64,000 nucleotides of DNA from Phoronis australis (taxonomy: Eukaryota > Animalia > Phoronida): assembly GCA_002633005.1 (NCBI GenBank), contig NMRA01000118.1:806707-870706 (forward strand), written 5' to 3'. Position 1 is the stretch's first letter. The number at the start of each line of letters is the position of its first letter. The notes beneath the pieces are model-generated. The model was not told where the DNA came from and made no database searches. It saw only the letters and a program-made list of their open reading frames with translations. The translations under genes were made by a program, and so were the position numbers. Positions 40,004 to 53,811 of the stretch are shown piece after piece.

Positions 40004-43000
40004 CAGTATTTCCTGGTCGACACTTTCTTCGTTTTTTTTCCTGTTTTCTTGGATAATACTTCGGGAATCAAGGAAAAAAACTATCACTAGTGGACTGTAC
40101 TCAGATCGGTACGAAAGTCGTCGTCACTCTGAAACACACCTGCCAAATTTCAATAAGACCCTGCAAGGAGTTTAGGAGATGCAGCTGTAGACGCCGGAAG
40201 ATCGAACGCCGGACGCCCTGACAGATATGACGACAATATGCACCCACATGTAAATACGTGGACGCGCGTGACGATAGTTGACACCGCACAGCGGTTTCTC
40301 GTCGCTTTCTTCGCTTGAAAGACCATGCAGTTTTCTTGCACTAGATAAGTACACTCTTTGGAAAATATATCTACTCGATAGTTGGTGGTCCACAACATAA
40401 CGCCTGCAGTGTCTGATCCTTATTGGGCTGGGTTTACCTTTCATGCAGCAAAATGAAGAGGTGATTCATTTCTCCATGAATTCTTGGAATTGCCATCAGC
40501 TCCCTTCGACAGCAGTAGCTGGAGCACATCTCCATCACCCGTCGTTGCAACGCCGAATTCCCTTGCTAGTGCACAACTGTGAAGTTTCTTTATCGTCTTT
40601 GTCTAAAATCTGCTGAGTTCTAGAGCTAAATTACCTTCTTCTACAGCTTCCACAAGTTCGTCCCAGCTGAGATTTGGCTCTGCTGTGGACATACAGTGTA
40701 CTATATTGTTGGAAGCAGACCTCAGCTTGTTTGGTTTGAATGTAGACCCTGCCATTTGTCGGACTTTAGGCTCAGGTTCGAATAAATGCGTGTCCATGTC
40801 TTGTGTGACTCCCAATAACTAAGCATTTTACAGCTTACCAATTTTTGCTTTTATGACGCCTAATTCTTAACACCCAATGCTGCTTGTGAGAGACAAACTT
40901 ACGGATTTTTTGCTATTATGAAGCCTAACTCTAAACAACCGATGCTGTTTGTGAGAGCCAAACATAAACTTAGGGCTTAGAATCCATTTAGTTGTTTCAT
41001 ATTTAAGTGGCGATATTATTAATAAATATGATGCTGAGAATTTACATGTCTCCGGAAATGTTACATGATTGATTAATACGTAAACGGCATGGCATGTACA
41101 TTTCCATTACCGAGTTTCTAGGATAGTAAAAATATACTTGTTTAAACAACTTCGGGTATTGAAGATTTTCAGCCTCTTGGGGTCTTTATGCTTACATGAA
41201 GCCTTTAATTTCATGTTTGGGTTTCATCATTGGTCAGGATTTACATAGTCGGAAGTTGCATAATATTTTATTGAAAAGCTGGATTGCCATATAACCTCTA
41301 AACCCTTGGATTCAAACTACTAAATCACAAGATATTCACTAGCAAATTCGTTCGTATTACAACTGAAAAAGGTAAAGATTTAAGAACTTTTGATGAGTTA
41401 CATGAAATGCTATTCATGTGACGAGGATTGTGATTTGGGGAGTCTCAAGTTGTAAACGAGGTTTTCAACTTAGTTCCTTTATAATGCCGTTGCCCAGCGT
41501 GTTCGCTTATTCATCTCTTCACAGCGAGACATACAATGTACATGTGATATTAGCAGGTGTATAAGTGCTGGACGGATTTTTTATGTTGGTATGAAAGAAA
41601 TGCGAACTCATCACCTCCTGGTCACCAACTGTATCGTCTCTCTTTTCTGCCGACACCAGTTTCGCCTCGCCTAGTCGCAAACTGTTTCTACCCGAAGCCC
41701 TCCGCTCGACATGCACTGCCAAAGGGTTCAACAGATTACTTTGCCTGGTTGCTTTTTGGTGGGCCCTAACTTGTAAACTATTACGCCTATCAAATAGTAG
41801 TCATTCTAGCAGTTCCGTCCTTTTTAATCTCGTTCCTTTTCTCTTCAAATACCTTTGATAAATAACGTAGGAAATAAATCTGAAAGTAAAAGAGGCGATC
41901 CACATCCTCTAAAGGATACACTTGTGTGAAAAAGTAGAATAAATACATATATACATGTACGTAAATAAAACAACAAAAATGGATCACTGAAATTTTCTGA
42001 CATAATAACATCCGTCGTCAACAGAAACAGAAATAAAGTAAAATCAAACACTGTATGACAATTGACACCTGATATATTGGCGTAACGAGCATTATACGTT
42101 GGGGAAAAAAGTAAAGGATATTATTTAAGAAGTCTTTATGTTCAATCCATTAGGTTCAAGTGTGTTAAGCTTATTTATCCAAAATTGTTCTCTTTTGAGT
42201 CTGTGAGGGGTACTGGGGTATTGGAGTTTTTTCTATTATTTCTACAGAAAGATCTTGTAGATTATGTTTTTTTTGGAATTGAAGTGATAACCTATAGTAT
42301 CAGAAATGTTTTTATGTATTTTGTTAAATCTATACCTTTGACTAATGCAGAAGTGCTGAAAATACTTCAAAGCACTGTTGTTCAAACAAATGAGTTGACC
42401 CACGTAAGAACACGTATGTTCACAGCTAACAAAAGAAAACGACAGTCTACAGACGCGTCCAACAATTTTTCAGACGCGGGTGGAAAATGTTTTTTGCGCG
42501 CTTACACGAACTCTTTCCGTATCAAAGTTTTCAATTTTAACTCAAACTAGTTTTGTCAATACTTATTCCTAAGCAATGGTATTCCAAAATGACATCATTT
42601 TTGATGAACACAATAAGTCAACTGACAGCTGAATGAGGAAAGGTATACACACACAGTTCTACAAAGGGTTATAACGCACAAAATCTTTCCATTTCGATTG
42701 ATGAGACACGTTCATTATTCCTAACACGTAGAAATGAAAGAAAGTGTCCAGTATTCAAGGCCAAAACCGTTGATGAGATCGCAGCACCTAGATCACTGTG
42801 GGGTCGGCTAGAATGTCTATTTTTGAAAGAAAACCTTCGCGATTCCCGTAAAAGTAGGGTTGTTGATTTTCGCTTGTTTTGTTCAGATTATCTAAATCCG
42901 TGTACGCAGAGGAGAAAATGCAAAAGCACATATGCTTAGTGTAAGTTTATCTATAGTCGCCACTACATATTCACGAAAGCCATTTTGAAACAGAAATGAG

Positions 43001-43193
43001 TACCGCCCATGATGACAACAAAACGAACACCAGCCGCTTTCAAAAGAAAATTACGTTCAACGTTAACTAAAGCAGAGCTACAATAGAGGTACGTATAATT
43101 ACCTGAATCTGACAACAAATTTACAGTTTCATCTAAAAGCGATTGTTTATTCGCATAAGAGTCGCAGTAGGCCTCCATGTACATTGCATGTAG

Positions 43194-44400
43194 CTATCGA
43201 AATCCAACAGTGGCATCCATCATATTATTTGGCCACGCGTTGGAAAACGACAGCCCGCCGCATCCGCCAAAGTGTAACTCGGTGAAATAAAATAACATGT
43301 CAGGGAAGTAGTGTGGGCTTGGAAGAGCCGTCTTCAACCAGTCGTCAACTACGTGTCCCGCTCCATGTATGGGTTGTGGATATTGTGATGGGTCAGCAGT
43401 CGAGAATAGGAAGTAGCTGTTGGGATTTGCGTCGCAGTTGGTGAAGGCAATTCGGTGCCCATTTGAGGTGATTCCTTGGACATTTTTGTTAGCAGCGAGA
43501 CTGATTGGTAGAAAACCAATATACAAGTAAGGGGATGATGTAGTAGTTATCGGCTTCGCGTAATTTGTAAATGTATTAACCCCAGCAAAGATGTCGATTT
43601 CAGCGTACTCCTTCAATTGACTCAGTACCGTATACCGGGTGGATCTGTCCCTCATTCGGATGAATACCAGAACGTCACGTTTCTGTTTGAAGAACAGGGA
43701 GACATCCACATCGCCAATCGCCGCGTTCGATGATAATCTCATTAGGTCACGCTTTTGGATGAATGTGAATCCGCCACCTGCGATATTCATCTCGCAGTAT
43801 GCAGCTACCATCCCCACGTTTGTCTCAATGGCGTAGAAACCCGAGGTCGCGTTTGGAAATTCTAGTTTGTGATCAGCACATGAGGAGAAACTCTCGACAC
43901 CAACTGCAAAATGAAATAAAAACTGCCAATAAATATGTTAAGCAATCACCAACTTACAAAACATTTGTCAGAGTCAGGTATTGGAAAACAAAAACATGAG
44001 TGCTATAGACATTTTAGAACATCTTCTGGGATTGTCATTATTGTAATGGAGCTTTGTATTTAATTGTAAAGAAATGCATACAAGATATGAGAAAGTTGTG
44101 AAAATGTGTTTTGTCTCACTTAAGTAGATTGTCATGCATTCAAGTAGAAATTCGGCTATTGACATTTACGTAATTGTGTAATGACCAAATCTCCAAATAA
44201 AAAGTGAGTCGCAAATCATCCCAAACATTGACTTTGAAGCGTAGACTTATGCCTAGAAAACGGTCAATTATGTACTTAAGACCGGCGTTGGCCCGCTATG
44301 TTTCCAAATAAAATAAGTTATCTGATACAAATTCACAAGATCACTTACTAATGCCCACTGTCACCAAGAAAAACAGCGAATTAAGGCTCTCTTTGAACAT
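43194..44400 (-). CDS. Secreted protein with a fibrinogen/intelectin-type N-terminal motif (YCEMxxxGGG) and a non-canonical C-terminal domain, 253 aa
   Basis: Exon 44400-44349 (MFKESLNSLFFLVTVGI, GTAAGT donor) joins exon 43903-43194 (TTTTGCAG acceptor) in phase 1. Translation includes SSCADHK..ATSGFYAI..AYCEMNIAGGGFTFI..FTNCDANPNSY..ELHFGGCGG. In-frame upstream ATGs also exist. Confidence 0.8.
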
Positions 44401-47400
44401 ATTGACGGCCACACGAGCTGTGCACTGGCTGAATGGCTGGAACATGCGCTTATAACTTTGTTCGCGCCGATAAGAATGCAACCCCATTGCGACTGAAGCT
44501 CCGGACGATAGCAAATGTCCGGGGGTGTTATCTCCTCAAAGGCGAGGTCTGTGAAACTTTATCTCAGACCCAAGAAGCATGAATTTTGCTTTACGAAAGA
44601 GCATGTCTATAAATGATAAACTCCCAAGTATTGTTTGTGTGAATAGTGAGAGTAATTTTACTTATAGACCCTAGAACCCTATAAAAAAAGCAAAAATCAG
44701 AGCGTGTCTAGATCTTGAGTGATATTAAGGCTTGGACAATCCAGTTACAGTTTGAAGTTTCGAGAAGTCCACGCACGATAAATCGAATGCAAAGTATCTA
44801 TTCGCTAAACACAGCTCAAGTGTGAGGCCCTGTCGTGTTTGGTCACGTTATCCCTCTTACCCGGTGTGCATGATCTAGGAGTGGAAATCTCTTACATCAC
44901 ACAAAAATCATTACAAGGGATCTTAGTTGAGACCCTATTTGGGACTGTTTCATGCAACCCGGCACAGATCTCCAATCACATGGTAGGCACTCTAGCCACG
45001 GACAATATTAGGACAAGTGACCGAAATGAGCAATTCAATTTTTGAGCGCGGTCGCTTGTACAGCTATTGTCTGTGGCAAGGGTTTGGTGTGCTTGGCAAC
45101 AGTTTATGCGTACGTGGAGAGTGCGCAGCTGTGGTAAAATTTGGTTTGGAATCCCTCTGTGTTTTGAGAGAACAGAAACCTATGCCTGAGTTTTGTTTTT
45201 TTCTCACAAAAAGTGGTGTGCACAAAATATCCACGGCTATGATGGCTTTTTGACTGAATATGAAAAACTCGGTGTTGTAATGTTATTCAGAAAATGTTAT
45301 CGCATTCATAAAGTTGGTATTTCTTGGGACGTTAAATTCACGATGGGTGGCCCAACTTGCCTTGTCAGTCGAACATCCGTCGCAGACTACGATTATGATG
45401 AGACGAGTCGTTGATTGGGATGCAACACGTGTCGATAAAAATGGCGGACATACGTGTCAAAATTAGCTCAAAATAAAGTATACAAGGAATTATAGAATCC
45501 CCACCAATTTTTGAGGCTTTAGTTGACGTTTTTCAGACAAGAGCTGTCAATTCCGAAAAACGAAGACAGCAGAAACATGCGAACTCCAAGTTATTACCGC
45601 CAAATATGTTATTGTTCGACGCATTTACGTGCGTGACTGCACGCTCCCAATGCCACCAGATGTCCGCACACGAGTAATAAAATCGCTTCGTGTGACATGG
45701 ATAATGATGCAGTACACATACATTTTCTGGTCTTGGTGTCATTACGAACTCTTTTGGGAATAAATATATGCATAAGTCCGAATGACAGATACGTAATCGA
45801 GATGGGTCTGCATCTCATGTCTTTAATTCTAACTTTGTAAGCTTTATACTGGTAAAATATCTAATTAGCACAAACACCAGACTTCGTAAACGATGACACA
45901 TTTTCAAAGAAAAACCGACAGATCATCAACTGAATATGACTTTATATGAATATAAAATTGTAGTCACAAAGCATTGACAGGAATAGATTGGTCATAGCTT
46001 TCGCAAGCCAGATAGACACGCTTCGAATGCGCTTTGTTTAGACTTGATAATTAATCTACAAACGGACAAAAATCAAGAGAAATTGACGCAGAAGCAAACG
46101 TTCTGTCGAGACCAGTGGTTGGGGAGATGGACAGTCACCTCAGTGATACCTCTTCAGGTCAATCGCGGTAAGTTTCAAATACTGATCTAAAATATTACTG
46201 ACACAAATACCAGCATTCAGAAGATGCACGTACACTGTATTAGAAGGATGGAAGCCAGCTAGGAAACCAACAGGAAATGATTCAAACCACAGAAAATCAT
46301 GGTCTCAGCGCTAGAGTCTGGCCTGTCGTATTCTTTGTAAGCGAGATGGACATAGAGCGGGGACAACTCGTCTATACTCAAAACTCCAGAATTGAGCAAA
46401 AGCCATCACGCACATACTTAAGTTCGAGTGACAGAAGTTGTCCTCGGTAAGCGTGATGGACACGTACCCGAGGTCTCTACAAGTGGATCACAAAAAGTTT
46501 CAGATAGAAAGATATGTATGTTGAACAGATAAAAATTCCATAATACTGAAGCGGGACTGAGACGTACTCGGGAGAATATCGTCAGAATCACTGAGCTCGG
46601 AAATGATCCTATGCAAGGTGAACTGACATGCACTTAGAAAAGGGTCGCAACAGTATAGATCAAAATATAGTCTGATAGATTATATTCATCGTAAACCACA
46701 GGTAAAAGTATGGAACTGAAGACAAACCTCGGGATTTTGACGAAATTTCCAAGAGGTTTTGCCCATGTCATGAACCTGAGACTCGTGTAGGATTCTCTAT
46801 TTATGCCCTTTTCGTTGTTTTTACCAGCATTCATTGCCATGTTCGCTGTATGTATTTTGTGAGTACTATCAGGAAGAAAAGCATTTTTGCTGAAGATAAT
46901 GTTTTCTCATTTTAATCCTTGATAAATATATATTATTCAAACTAAGTAGGTAAGTGTAACTAATTTACGGGACGAGATGCACACATCTCATGTTCTACTA
47001 TTGCACCTGTGTAAGAGCTTGAAATCCGTGCAAACTCTTTTGAATAAAGCCATTGAACGCTTAGTACGTACTTAAAATCTGTGATACTTTATAGACTTTT
47101 TACAAAATCCCAATTTATCAGATCACAAATAACTTGACAATACTATTAATGCACCCACACTTTACTTTGTCTACCAGACAACAACGTGTGAAAAACTCCT
47201 ACTAAAATTACACGCACTATTTCAACAAATAACTCGGATACAAATGTGGATAAATGGAGAAGTCTGCACGCATGACTTAAGTTATTATCCTAGAAATATA
47301 CAGAGATCAACCGTTTTCTTTGTTTGTTATATTGACACTTAGATAATTAATGCAAGTTATTGTTCCGTCGTGGTCAGTTATTGGTAGAACACGGGTGCCT

Positions 47401-48835
47401 CATACATGTGTCTTCCCCACCCTGGAGTAGCTAACAGTGTACCGTGTGTGTTACTATATGTTTGATATCAGTTCGTTTTTAAGATTATATATTTTTGGTG
47501 GAAACAAAGTACTGGCCAATACACTGGACGCAATTGATTAGAGGTAAGAAAGAACTTGGATTGTTAGAAGACTGTTGAATATCAATGTTTTGGCAATCAG
47601 TCGAGTAATAAAATCAGGGAGCAAGCGCCACCTACTGCACGCTTACATGTACATCTTGTTTTAAAGTGGGTGCCTGAATCAACAAGTGCTCTGTGTGCAC
47701 GGAGAGGCAAACAAACGACTCAGTTTTGGAGACGAATATTGATTGTGCAATGCTACTTGAAACTAAAAAACACCAAGGAATTGCAAAGACACAATTAATC
47801 TTCCGGAATTAATGAACAACGTGTTTAATTTAAAGACAATTCCCTTTAGATCTCCTGTTTGTGAATTTAAATAACCAATCTTGTTACTATAGGTCGCTAA
47901 ACGATGCATTTTATTGTCACAGGAATTGGGAAATCTTGTAGAACTGTCCGAATGTCATCGATATCTTTGAGAGTTATTTTACATATATTGGCAGAAATCG
48001 TCAAGTGTTCTTTGCTATTTGGAGATGTAAGGCCAGCTGCAACATGAGCGATTACAAAAGTACGGCTTAGTGATCTTATTGATACGACGTTGATTACAAT
48101 CACTAACCAGATTCAACACACACGTAAGCACGCACGCACGCACACACACAAAAAAACAAACGTGCGCCCCGTTTCACCGTGAATCTTTGCATACGCGAGT
48201 GTGCTGTTTGCCTGCTACTTGAACCGTTTCAAGGCTTCGCCATGCATTTTGGAAAAGTAGGTCGTGCTGATGATTTTTTATTTGTGTACATTTAGAGTTA
48301 CAGTGACTTACTACAAAACAGTTTCACAAGATATTATCAGTACAATATAAGCGTAACGTTACAACACATGCATACATGTACAATACCAAAAGAAAGGAGC
48401 AGAAAAAGTGTGAGGCCTATCAGTATGAGGCGGAGTACGCCGTAAACTTGATCTAGTGTTACAAGTGATTGATCCCCTTGTGCGACGGGACCTTTCCTTC
48501 ATTGAACAAACTGTTACAGGCAGACAATTTTGGAAAGAATCATAGTTTTTGGATACTCCACGCCAACTGAATGATTAGGTGAAGGCATCCCCCAGGTGAG
48601 CGCGATATATGAATTTCGGTACTTGTAAACTTATTGAATAGATCTAAAAGCAATTTAATGGAAAATACGTACAAAAAAACACAGCGCCAAGCCCACTGGA
48701 GGGTCTGATTATCCCAACCGTACTAACGTATGATTTCAATAACAAGGCAGATGAACAAAATGTTTCTCTAATAGACAAGGCTTTGTTATCAACCGTTCAT
48801 GGAACACTTTTAGTCATCTGTGACTAAAAAGTACC

Positions 48836-49453
48836 TTACGAAACCAAGCAACACAGCAAGGCAATGATTGTCAGAAACGTGATGCCAATCAGAGTTCTTC
48901 TCGGTGCTGCATTTGTGCATGGTTTGTCCGCGGAAGGTATTCTCTGCGGACACTCTGGATAGGTGGCGTTAGCTGAACGATCACTCGGTTCCCTCGGATT
49001 TTGGAGACCACAGACTTCATAAGCGAGTTTAAAGTTTTCTTTCGTGGGCTTGAAAGCTAAATCTTGACTAACGCCGACAAGGTGATATTCAAAGTTCCCA
49101 TTTGTTTTGCGCGATAGGCCCACTATCGCCTCTTCGCCAGGGTCCACCACGGTGCTGTAGCATGAGTGAAGAGGAGCAACAAACTCAACCGTTATATTTT
49201 CTGAAAAATCCTTGTTATCTCCTTTGATGATACAGTAAATCCTGAATACCATATCAGTGCGATTCATACCCCCAGTAGTTGCTACGACCTCATATCGCCC
49301 AATATCTTTGCCGTAAACAACTATGTCGGAGCGATACAATATCCACTGCATACTTCGGGAAACCCAATCTTCGGTGGGAGAGCAACCTTGAGCAGACAGC
49401 GCCAAGGTCCCTACTGCCGTAAGGGCAATTAGTCCCCAGCACTGCATCTTCAT
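48836..49453 (-). CDS. Signal-peptide, probably GPI-anchored protein with an NtA/TIMP-like (OB-fold) domain, 205 aa
   Basis: Signal MKMQCWGLIALTAVGTLALSAQG, then mature N-terminal CSP..SDIVVYG..FRIYCIIKG..ITV..SC pattern, and a hydrophobic tail LIGITFLTIIALLCCLVS. A splice acceptor at 49486-49488 means the ORF-track 5' part is intronic. Confidence 0.75.
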   Translation of the reverse strand: MKMQCWGLIALTAVGTLALSAQGCSPTEDWVSRSMQWILYRSDIVVYGKDIGRYEVVATTGGMNRTDMVFRIYCIIKGDNKDFSENITVEFVAPLHSCYSTVVDPGEEAIVGLSRKTNGNFEYHLVGVSQDLAFKPTKENFKLAYEVCGLQNPREPSDRSANATYPECPQRIPSADKPCTNAAPRRTLIGITFLTIIALLCCLVS

Positions 49454-50422
49454 TACGACAACAAGGCTGTCAAATGGAATGGTACCTGAAAGATTCAGAA
49501 AAATCATTGACATACACATCATGCACTCACATACCAGGGGTAAATTCAGGGAGCTTGATCACGTTTACACGAAACAGTTTCACTCGGACTCGACTGCGTT
49601 CCCTAAAGTTTTGGCGCATTCGTGGTCTTAGTGTATATTGACTTTTTATACTAGTCTTGTCTTAATTGCTACGTCAACTTTTTCCTTTGGTATTTGAAGC
49701 AAGACTAAACTCCATGTTGGCTTTTTTTCAGAGGAATGCCTAACCATGGAACGTCTGATCCCCGCCCAGTTTTCAGATTTTTCTCACACGCACTGAACCG
49801 GACACAGCTAGGAGCCCTACGGACACGACCCGAACAGTACGTCCCGTGGAGACTGATTGAGCCCCGTGGATTCTGGGGAAGTTATGGAAGAGAAGATCGG
49901 TGGAGAAAAGACGTGGCAAGCAATTGATTAGACAGCAACCACCGTACGTCTCTAGGTGGCTCAGTCGACGGTGGTCACTGTCTAGTGATGGATGTATCAT
50001 CGTACCTGGGAAATGGCCTACTCGAAAAGTCGCTAAAAATGAATTGTGGACAAATAATGGAGTAAATATCACCTAAAGGTAAACACAAAAATAGGTAAAA
50101 ACAATGCCTCAATCGTGAAGCCAGGCAGGGCCGTGATGATTTGTAAACTCAGAGATCGGACTATACCGAGGGAAAATCCACGCTCAGCACTGATGATGTC
50201 TCCGGTTGGCATCAGACGATGGTATAGTGTGAAGTTGAGAACAAAATCACCAGCCTAGGGCGCAGGGCGATATCTAGGTGGGATTTGAAATTCGTCATAT
50301 ATGCGCCCAATGTAATGTGAAATCAATCAACAATACTACAAACGTATATGTGCGACCTTATCGAAACGCAAGTCAAATAAGCAAAAGGGTCTAAGTCGCC
50401 GGAAACAAAACTAATTACGTAC

Positions 50423-50506
50423 CGCGGTCTTCTCGTGTCGCCTGAGACTGTTCCACACTCTCAGTTCACCCTTTAATGAATGAACCTCGTTGTCTCGTAT
50501 TTAAGG
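50423..50506 (-). promoter_or_regulatory. Probable 5'UTR exon and core promoter of the 48836-49453 gene
   Basis: On the minus strand: TATA-like CTTAAATA at ~50505-50498, TCATT initiator-like motifs at ~50483-50474, and a G|GTACGT donor at 50422. Confidence 0.4.
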
Positions 50507-52075
50507 GTACGAGATGTAACGCCTCCTCCTCTTGTTTAGTAGGCCCGTAGTGTCAGGCTCCTACCGGCACGGGTGTACATCACGACTAAAAATACTTGTG
50601 AATAAGAGCTTATAGTCACTGGTTGAATGTAGGTCATCGCCAAACGTGATCGAGGTCAAGACACAGGTAAACAATACACGGAGATTTCGATCAGTACTGA
50701 GCTCAGCTGTTTCCATTACGGCGTTTTCTCGTTGCTCCCAACTTGTTCGATTCTATAGCCCAACAACAAGTTGGGAAGTTTACCCATGTAGCCAATATCT
50801 TACACGACTGATTAACCCCATAAACCAATAGCATTTCTGAAATCTTCGTCAAATGGTGATCATTAGTTTTTGAATCGCCAAAATCGCCCAAGTGCAACGG
50901 AAAGTTACGATAATCTATTCTTTCCGAATGTACCAATTCACTCTCTGGGTTTGACGGTGTTCACATGTGGTCTGTAATAAGCCTGGTAGATAATTGGGCT
51001 GCCTGTTGTCATAACAGACAAAAGACTGTGCTTGGCAAGCGCAGTTAACAAAGGAGTTAGATGTTATCACAGCTCAGTCACAACCCTCTACGTCTTGTAA
51101 AGTTACCGAACGGAAAAACGCCGTCATGGCGGCTAGAAAAATTTAGCCCGTGGTTTTTACGGCGATATGTCGCACAGCCGGGTCTCGCGAATTTGTGCTT
51201 TGCTAATGATGATTCAGCATGATTGACTGAACTCTACCCAGGTGTGGTACATGTATAACATTCGCGAGCTCTGGCGGACCCGCCCCGCCTGGATTAGACA
51301 TAATGTTCTAGTGGGGGTGGCCGTCGCCGGGGTTATCCAGAAAATTAGCGCCGGCAACGGATACAGCCCATCCCGAGGCGCACTCGGATGGTGAAAAACC
51401 CGCCGTGACTACTCCGAAGGCCGACTAATCAGTCCGCAGAAACCGCGCTATCCGAAGACTCCGAAACCCACTCACGCCTCACGCCGTTTAACATCAATAT
51501 GGTTTTCTTTAGGGCAAGTGAATTCAAAAAACTTCGATACCAGTGATAGTAACTGCTAAGGCAGCCGAAACGGCGGAAGTCACTGGACTTCATTGTCCAG
51601 CAAACATTTTTTTTTGTAGCGAGAGTGAAGGAACAACCCATCTCCGTCTTTGGGAGAAATATATAGTGAAGGTCGGGTACAAATTCCAAACAAGCACGGT
51701 AGCAATATTTTTTTTCGGAGTAGTGGTCTTTCGGAATCAGTTCCAGGGCTTACGTAGTTCGAATTGGAATCCTGTGTTACCGGGGACAGTCGTGCTGTAT
51801 TCGTTGAGCAACTTAGATCACCTATAAAGGTTTGGTCATGCGCCAAATATTCGTTGAAGAATCTTTCTTAATATACGCATTCTGACCGCTTATGCTGCTT
51901 TATCTGCCACAGTCACTGGCTTTGCCGCGGATATTTCTTCGCTGTGGGAAGTGTGAACGCAATGTCGTATCTTATTGATATTGCCCTTTTTCATAAGACC
52001 TTAGGCATGTACATGTACGTGCCACCTCACAGCAGTGAGAAAGTGCTGGCGTAATAATGGCAGGAAAGGTGTTAA

Positions 52076-53414
52076 AGGCGAAGGCAACCTTTTTTCATGT
52101 CATTTTTAGCAAAAAATGGGGTTCGTTGATTATCCCAGACATATTTTTCACTTATTTACAGCTTTTTGTAAGTTAATTAATTACTCGTCGTCTACTGTGG
52201 AAGTGACGTTTTGGGAGGCAAGAATTTCGCGCCAATATTAATTCTTTTCATACAGTCTGACTGTGAGAGCAGTAGTCGAGTCAGTCATTGTTCTACCTCG
52301 GTTGTGATAAGTTCGGTCGTCGTTTGCTTTTGTTTACGAGTCAGTCAACATGCCACGCTGTTGCTGCCTACTGAGTAGTACTCATTATCGTCTCACGTAC
52401 AGAGGAAGAACTGTTCCACTTGCCCGAGTGTCCCGCGACACACTCCCAGTGGATGGTGACCTGAGCACGCAAACTGCTTAAATATCCCGCCGTCACACAC
52501 GTGGCACCTTCTAAATAGCTCCAATACAAGTCCACAATAAACTTATCAAAACTTAGGCTCACGGATCTGTTCATTGGATGACGAACTGTCCTTTTCACTG
52601 GGTGTCAAACTGGGCCTGCATTCACTCCCACTACTCAACATCGCTGCAGGGCTGCTTACTGGCTCTGGGCTAGAGACAACAGCACACGGGGAATCACTGC
52701 TAGTTCCTGGAATTGCACGCTATGGGGTACGTATTCGGAGGCATGGGCGACAGAGTAGATGAAGTGCCTCCAGTCACTGTTTATAGTGGCCACAGCTCGC
52801 TAGGCTTCTTGCTTCAAAAACGCACTTCTCGGGGGTGGCGACGGGGCACTGCCAAGAATCAACAGCGACGATATGGAACCCTTTAAGTTCTTCAGGCGTT
52901 GTTTCGCAGGGACCTTCATCAATTCAGCGTACATATCTCTGTCGTAATCTGACCGATGAAAATGATTGCCACTACTTTGTACGTTGCGTGAACGGGTAGC
53001 GCTGCGTTCTTCACACGAACGAGCTAGCCAAGTACGGCGAAGTGTGTCACCCTTCGGAAAGCGATGCAAAGGACCCAAAGCGCGCGTGCCGGAGACGATA
53101 ATGTGTAGGCCTACATCCTGGTACACAGCAACAGTGCGGCATGTTGACTGACTAGTAAACAAAAGCAAACGACGATCGAACTTATCACATCTGAGGTAGA
53201 ACAATGACTGACTTGACATGCAGCTCTCACAGTCTGATTGTATGAAAAGAAATTGGCGCGAAATTCTTGCCTCCTAAAACGTTACTTCCGGAGTAGAGGA
53301 CGAGAGATCAATTAAATTACGAAAAGCTTTAATTAAGTGAAAAATATGTCTGGGATAATCAACAGCTAGACCTTATTTTTGCTAAAAGTGACATGAAAAA
53401 GGTTGCCTTCACCT
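52076..53414 (-). mobile_element. Kolobok-like DNA transposon (TTAA TSD, ~100-bp TIRs) with a degenerate THAP domain
   Basis: TTAA|AGGCGAAGGCAACCTTTTTTCATGTCA ... TGACATGAAAAAGGTTGCCTTCACCT|TTAA. Internal minus frame LHRFPKGDTLRRTW..NHFHRSDYDRD..RLK..ISSL fits the THAP consensus with the zinc-binding cysteines lost. Confidence 0.75.
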
Positions 53415-53811
53415 TTAAAACATTTTTATACCAGTAGGTTGAAACTGTCCGTCCAGCTATACAGTGTAAGTTCACACGCCTGTGATCTGAGGCACTCGAC
53501 GCGAATTGTCCATCACACCTTATCGTCATCTGTCAATAGGGCACGGCTATTTCGAAAGACACCAGTCGGACTCAGTAACTCATTAATCGATTACAAGGCA
53601 GTAATGTAAAGCCCACTGGTCTCTGCGAATACGCTAGTACGAAGCTGCACCAGTCCGAATTTCGGACTCCGGTGTATATTTCATATTTTTACATAAACAT
53701 TGTATAGTGGAAAAAATACTTCGATTGTTGGTCTCAGTGGAACACGTCTACCGAAGACAACTGTTCGCCTGTTCGAGTACTAATACACTTCGTGTGGGTT
53801 TCCTTCGAGTA

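Noticed and set aside
46100-46175. Isolated plus-strand exon ending in a G|GTAAGT donor
   Set aside because: No downstream coding partner or ORF was found; it cannot be supported without transcript data.
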